From: Hypnocyclicus thermotrophus
GTDB lineage: Bacteria > Fusobacteriota > Fusobacteriia > Fusobacteriales > Fusobacteriaceae
DNA length: 64,000 nt
NCBI RefSeq assembly: GCF_004365575.1
Contig: NZ_SOBG01000003.1
Location: forward strand, 196,997 to 260,996
Direction of reading: 5' to 3'
A program made the translations under genes and the position numbers. Position 1 is the first letter of the stretch; each line of letters opens with the position of its first letter. The notes under the pieces were generated by a model. That model had not been told where the DNA came from and searched no databases. It saw only the letters and a list, made by a program, of their open reading frames with translations. Below, one piece after another: positions 59,637 to 64,000 of the stretch.

Positions 59637-61103
59637 TTAAAATTCAAAAAAATTAATTAATTTTTTAAAAATACTTTTTTTTATATCTGCTCTATTAGTA
59701 TTTTGTTTTTTAGATAAATCATTAATATCTTTATTAAATTTAGTATTTTCTTCTCCTCTTTTTAATAAATATTCACTAAGTATATCCAAAATAGCTTTAT
59801 CATTTTCTATTATTTTTCTAAATGTCATTTTATCAAGAACTAACAATTCTAAATCTGTTGTAGCTACTACTGTCGCATTTCTTTTGTTACCTGTAAGCAA
59901 AGACATCTCACCAAAAAAATCGCCTTTTTTCAAATTTGCTATTTTTCTATTATTAATAAATATATCTACTATTCCTGATTGAATAATAAAAAATGAATCC
60001 CCTTCTTCACCTTCTTTAACAATTATTTCTCCTTTTCCATATCTTAAAACTCTTATTTTTTTGCTTAATTCATTTTTACTTTTTTCTGATAAACTTTTTA
60101 AAAATTCTATTTTATTAATTAAAACTTTTCTATTTTCGAACTCCTGTTTATTTTCTTCTTTAACATCTTTAATTATTTCTATATTTTCTCTTACTGGAAA
60201 AGGTATTTTAATCCCATTTCTTAAAAAACTATACCAAATTTCTCTATAAATATCTGTTTTTATACTCCATCTATTCAAATAATCATCTACTACCCATATT
60301 CTTAATATATAATCAATTGAAAAATCTCCGTATTGTCTTATCAAAACTTCTGGTAATGGATCTTTTAATACTTTTTTATTATTTTTAGCTATTTCCAGTA
60401 AAACTTTTATTACTTTATTAGGTGGATCATTATATGAAGTTCCTATTTCTATATCTATTCTATATTTTGATTTTCTATAATAATTAATAAATTTATCTTT
60501 TAATAAAATACTATTTGGAATACTTACTACTCCACCACCAAACTTTGTAATTTTTGTAGACCTCCAATCAGTATCATTAACCTTTCCTTCAATATTATCT
60601 ACTACAACACTGTCTCCTCTTTTAAAATTTTTTTCAGAAGTCAAAACTATTCCCGCTATAAAATTGGTTAATGTATCTTGAAGAGCAAGACCTATTACTG
60701 CTGAAAGAATTGCTGACGTTGTTAAAAATGGTGTTAAATTAATATTATAATATTTTTTTAATGCAAAGAAAAAACTTACTATAAAAATAACTATTAAAAT
60801 TACACTTCTTAATAATTTAGGTATTTCAAAATGTATAATTTTATAAGAAGTTTCATCTAAAAATATACCTAAAATTTTTATTACTAAAAATGTAACTGTT
60901 ATAAAATATAATCCTATTGTTTTATTATTGAAATCAAACAAATACTCAAACCCTTCTCTTAATATTACTAAAATTAAAATAAAAAACAAATATGTATTTA
61001 ATTTTTTAAAATTTTTTATTATTCTTTTTGATAAAAACATAAGAAAAATAAAAAAAAGAATTATTATTAATAAAATATCTCCTTTAATTCCCATAATTAC
61101 CAC
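59637..61103 (-). CDS. mechanosensitive channel MscS family fused to C-terminal cyclic-nucleotide-binding domain
   Basis: N-terminal TM helices, an MscS beta-domain, and a C-terminal cNMP-binding motif FGEMSLLTGNKRNATVVA. Confidence 0.75.
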   Translation of the reverse strand: MVIMGIKGDILLIIILFFIFLMFLSKRIIKNFKKLNTYLFFILILVILREGFEYLFDFNNKTIGLYFITVTFLVIKILGIFLDETSYKIIHFEIPKLLRSVILIVIFIVSFFFALKKYYNINLTPFLTTSAILSAVIGLALQDTLTNFIAGIVLTSEKNFKRGDSVVVDNIEGKVNDTDWRSTKITKFGGGVVSIPNSILLKDKFINYYRKSKYRIDIEIGTSYNDPPNKVIKVLLEIAKNNKKVLKDPLPEVLIRQYGDFSIDYILRIWVVDDYLNRWSIKTDIYREIWYSFLRNGIKIPFPVRENIEIIKDVKEENKQEFENRKVLINKIEFLKSLSEKSKNELSKKIRVLRYGKGEIIVKEGEEGDSFFIIQSGIVDIFINNRKIANLKKGDFFGEMSLLTGNKRNATVVATTDLELLVLDKMTFRKIIENDKAILDILSEYLLKRGEENTKFNKDINDLSKKQNTNRADIKKSIFKKLINFFEF

Positions 61104-61216
61104 CTAATTTATTAATTTTTTTTTAATTTTGCCGATATTATAAATATATAATTATAATATACTCTTATTGTAACTGATAATTTAATATACTTCAATATTT
61201 ATTTTAGGAGGTTTTT

Positions 61217-62104
61217 ATGCTAATAAATACTGAGTTTAATTATAAAGAAATAAAAAAATTCTTTATAGAAAATATCGATAAAAATATCCATTTTGAAAAT
61301 TTAAATTTTTTAAATAATGATTTAAATAGTCGTTTTATTTTTGATTCTAATACTTCTACTATTGATGATATTAGTTTCATTGAAATAAATAATTATAAAA
61401 TAATTAATTTATATTTTAAAATAATTGATTCTTCTAATTCTTATTTACAATTCATATTTGAAAACGACATTTTTAACAATTGCTATTTATTCACAACCAT
61501 AAATACTATATATCCTTCTGAAAAAAAAGAGTGGATCTATTGGCTTGGAAATGAACATATTACTGGTATCATAAATGATGATATTTTTATACTTGAAGAC
61601 ACTCCCTTAGAAAAAACTGTTACTACACTTTATAAAATAGTTAAAAAAATATTCCCAAATTTTAATAATTTCACAAATGTAAATTTTAATAATTCTGATT
61701 CTAATGTTTCTACAAATTTACTTCATTTAATCTCTTCTGAATTAGGTATTAGTATCAAAGAAGTATTTTCAAAATTTAATACAGCTATTTCTTCTATAGA
61801 TTGGATTATTGATTTACTTTTAAACGAATCCGAAGCTGAATTTTATATAATACTATCAGAAGGTGACTTAGAATCTGAATATAAAAAATTATCCTATTTT
61901 GAAAAATTAAAATATATTGAAAAATCAAAAAACAAAGAGAATTCAAATATAAAAAAAGAGAGTATGATTTTTTACAGAGATGTTGAAAACGAATTTTATT
62001 CAAAAGAATATATAAAATTAACTATTAATCATGAGAAATTTTCTCCAAATATAAGCATTGATATAGGTATTCCACTTTCTACATCTGATATAAAACTTTT
62101 ATAA
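61217..62104 (+). CDS. hypothetical protein
   Basis: A 295-aa ORF with an AGGAGG RBS. Its composition is host-like and no domain is recognised. Confidence 0.4.
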   Translation: MLINTEFNYKEIKKFFIENIDKNIHFENLNFLNNDLNSRFIFDSNTSTIDDISFIEINNYKIINLYFKIIDSSNSYLQFIFENDIFNNCYLFTTINTIYPSEKKEWIYWLGNEHITGIINDDIFILEDTPLEKTVTTLYKIVKKIFPNFNNFTNVNFNNSDSNVSTNLLHLISSELGISIKEVFSKFNTAISSIDWIIDLLLNESEAEFYIILSEGDLESEYKKLSYFEKLKYIEKSKNKENSNIKKESMIFYRDVENEFYSKEYIKLTINHEKFSPNISIDIGIPLSTSDIKLL

Positions 62105-62183
62105 CTACCAAATAATTTGGTAGTTATATTTTTATTGTTGACAAACCGACTGTTCTGTATTATAAATATATTGAGGTGATTTT

Positions 62184-62765
62184 ATGAAAGTAACAACACG
62201 TCAGTTAATTATAACTACATTTTATAAATTAATAGCCAAAAAAGGCTATGATAAAGCTAGCTTAAATGACTTGGTAAAAGAAACTGGCTTATCAAAAGGT
62301 GCTATTTATCATTATTTTAATACCAAAGATGATATATTTATTGCTACAATTGAGTTTTTATTCGAATCAATGATGCGCTTTGATTTTTTAGATATTGATA
62401 ACATTACAAAAAAAAATTATAAATTAATACTAAAAAATATTGGTAATAATATTTTAAATTTTGGACAAGTTGACCCTTATTATTCAAGATTTCAATTTGA
62501 ATTTATAAATCAAGCATTTAGAATAGCAATAGTAAAAGATTATTTAATAAAATTTCTTCAAAAGTATCTAGAATTTTTCAATTCTTTTTTTGATCACCTT
62601 TATAAAAAAAATATTATTTCAAAGAAAAAAGATCATGAAATAATTAAACAATTATTTTTTATGATGCTTGATTCTATGGTCTTATATAAAACATTAGATA
62701 TACCTTTTAATTTTGAAAAAAATTGGGAAAAATTTATAGATTTAATTTTAAATGAGGAGGATTAA
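62184..62765 (+). CDS. TetR-family transcriptional regulator
   Basis: The N-terminal HTH reads YDKASLNDLVKETGLSKGAIYHYFNTKDDIF. Confidence 0.8.
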   Translation: MKVTTRQLIITTFYKLIAKKGYDKASLNDLVKETGLSKGAIYHYFNTKDDIFIATIEFLFESMMRFDFLDIDNITKKNYKLILKNIGNNILNFGQVDPYYSRFQFEFINQAFRIAIVKDYLIKFLQKYLEFFNSFFDHLYKKNIISKKKDHEIIKQLFFMMLDSMVLYKTLDIPFNFEKNWEKFIDLILNEED

Positions 62766-62766
62766 A

Positions 62767-64000
62767 ATGCTTGAAAAGTTAGGGAAATTTGTCATAAAAA
62801 AATATCGTTTAGTTTTATTATTTAGTTTCATTATCACAGTTATTTCAATATTTTTTATTACAAAATTAAAAATGAATATGCAATTTATGGATTTACTTCC
62901 TAAAAATGACAATTCAGTTATTATTTATAAAAAAGCTCTTAAAAATTTTAATAGTTTAGATTCTATAATTGTCGGAATTAAAGGGAACAATAAAAATGAT
63001 ATTGAAAAATTTTTAAATGATGTCCCTAAAACATTGGAACAATGGAATGAAATAAAAAGTATAAATTATGCTCAAAATGATGAATTCCTTTTAAAAAATG
63101 GACTTATTACACTCAAAGAAAAAGATTTAAAAGATTTAGTGCCTCTTCTTTCTTCTAATTCTATAGCTGAATTCATAAAAAGTTCTAATGATAATTTTGA
63201 AAAAACATACATAAATTCATCTGATTCAGAAAAAATTAATAAAAATAGTAACAAAATAATTTTTTTGCTTAATTTTTTAAAAGACTTTTTAACAAAAGCA
63301 AATAACGGAACCTTAAATAATAAAGATACAAAAAGATTTTTTAGAGGAAATAAATATTTCATTTCTCCTGATAACACTTTAGGTATATTTATAATTAAAT
63401 CTGCTATAAGTATAGATGATATTATTGAAGTTACAAATTTTATCAACAAATTAGAAGCTTATCTAAATAAAGAAGGAAAAAAATATAATGTTTCTACTTC
63501 GCTTACTGGTTCTCAAGTAATTTCAAGAGATGAAATGATAGTTAGTACAAAAGATATGAACCTTACTTCTACTTTATCAATAATCCTTATGCTTTTATTA
63601 TTTATTATTTCATTTAAACTAATACGTTATTCTTTTCTCGCTATTATCCCTTTAATAATGGGAATTATATGGTCAATGGGAATAACTTATTTGATATTTG
63701 GTTCATTAAATATGTTAACTGCTATGATGGGTGCTATTTTAATTGGACTTGGAATTGATTATTCAATACATATTATATCTGTTTTTTTAGATGAAAAAAA
63801 ATCAAAGGAAAACTTAGAAACAAACTTACTTAATGTATATAAAAAAGTAATAAGAGGTATTATTACTGGTTCTATTACTACTAGTATAGGTTTTATAATG
63901 TTTAGTTTTAGCAAGTTTCCTGGGTTCAAAGAATTTGGTATTGTCCTAGGAATAGGTATTATTTGTACTCTATTAGCTGCTATTTTTACACTTCCCGCAT
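62767..64000 (+). CDS. MMPL/RND-superfamily membrane transporter (5' partial, runs off window)
   Basis: ATG at 62767 follows a GAGGAGG RBS. The frame stays open to the window end, with TM segments and a periplasmic loop pattern. It is not in the ORF track because no stop lies inside the window. Confidence 0.7.
   Translation, partial: MLEKLGKFVIKKYRLVLLFSFIITVISIFFITKLKMNMQFMDLLPKNDNSVIIYKKALKNFNSLDSIIVGIKGNNKNDIEKFLNDVPKTLEQWNEIKSINYAQNDEFLLKNGLITLKEKDLKDLVPLLSSNSIAEFIKSSNDNFEKTYINSSDSEKINKNSNKIIFLLNFLKDFLTKANNGTLNNKDTKRFFRGNKYFISPDNTLGIFIIKSAISIDDIIEVTNFINKLEAYLNKEGKKYNVSTSLTGSQVISRDEMIVSTKDMNLTSTLSIILMLLLFIISFKLIRYSFLAIIPLIMGIIWSMGITYLIFGSLNMLTAMMGAILIGLGIDYSIHIISVFLDEKKSKENLETNLLNVYKKVIRGIITGSITTSIGFIMFSFSKFPGFKEFGIVLGIGIICTLLAAIFTLPA

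Noticed and set aside
63072-63449. ORF 63072..63449 (-)
   Set aside because: It runs antisense to the partial MMPL transporter gene, which starts at 62767 with a good RBS and stays open to the window end.

Overview
The window reads as a three-part mosaic. GC fractions below are estimated by eye, not computed. (1) Positions 1 to ~18.4 kb (~40-45% GC) hold one arm of a temperate HK97-like siphovirus, entirely on the minus strand. It carries head-tail adaptor and connector genes, an HK97 major capsid protein, a portal gene fused to a ClpP-like prohead protease, and the terminase large subunit. Between the terminase subunits sits a cargo block with a large C5-cytosine methyltransferase and a ParB-N6/N4 methyltransferase fusion. 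The arm continues with the terminase small subunit, an HNH endonuclease, a RinA/ArpU-like late regulator, an SNF2 helicase, VRR-NUC, a VirE-type primase, a Rha regulator and a sigma-region-4-like protein. No tail genes, lysis genes or integrase are in the window. (2) Positions ~18.5 to 26.7 kb form a lower-GC island (~30-35%) at the phage/chromosome junction. It contains a 627-aa ImmA/IrrE-type HEXXH metallopeptidase with a C-terminal HTH. This gene is divergent from a tightly packed plus-strand operon: XRE-HTH, ASCH-domain protein, C5-methyltransferase, MutH/Sau3AI-like PD-(D/E)XK endonuclease, and a 516-aa protein whose C-terminal part carries an Endonuclease-III-like HhH-GPD glycosylase signature with an FeS-type cysteine cluster. 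A convergent HTH-fused C5-methyltransferase and a small HTH controller follow. This island is the most unusual content in the window and may be an undescribed DNA-modification-linked defence or repair module. (3) Positions ~27 to 64 kb are very AT-rich (~25% GC) chromosomal backbone. Genes include an RlmD-family rRNA methyltransferase, ftsL, rsmH, flgA, flgG, an SPFH protein, htpG, an OpuA-type betaine ABC transporter, glgX, metH, a uracil permease, an SLT lytic transglycosylase, a SemiSWEET, a GH13 amylase, an Rrf2 regulator upstream of cysK, cstA with a LytS/LytTR two-component pair, pgeF, an MscS-cNMP channel, a TetR regulator and a partial MMPL transporter. Many intergenic rho-independent terminators are visible. 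No tRNA, rRNA, CRISPR array or integrase was recognised.
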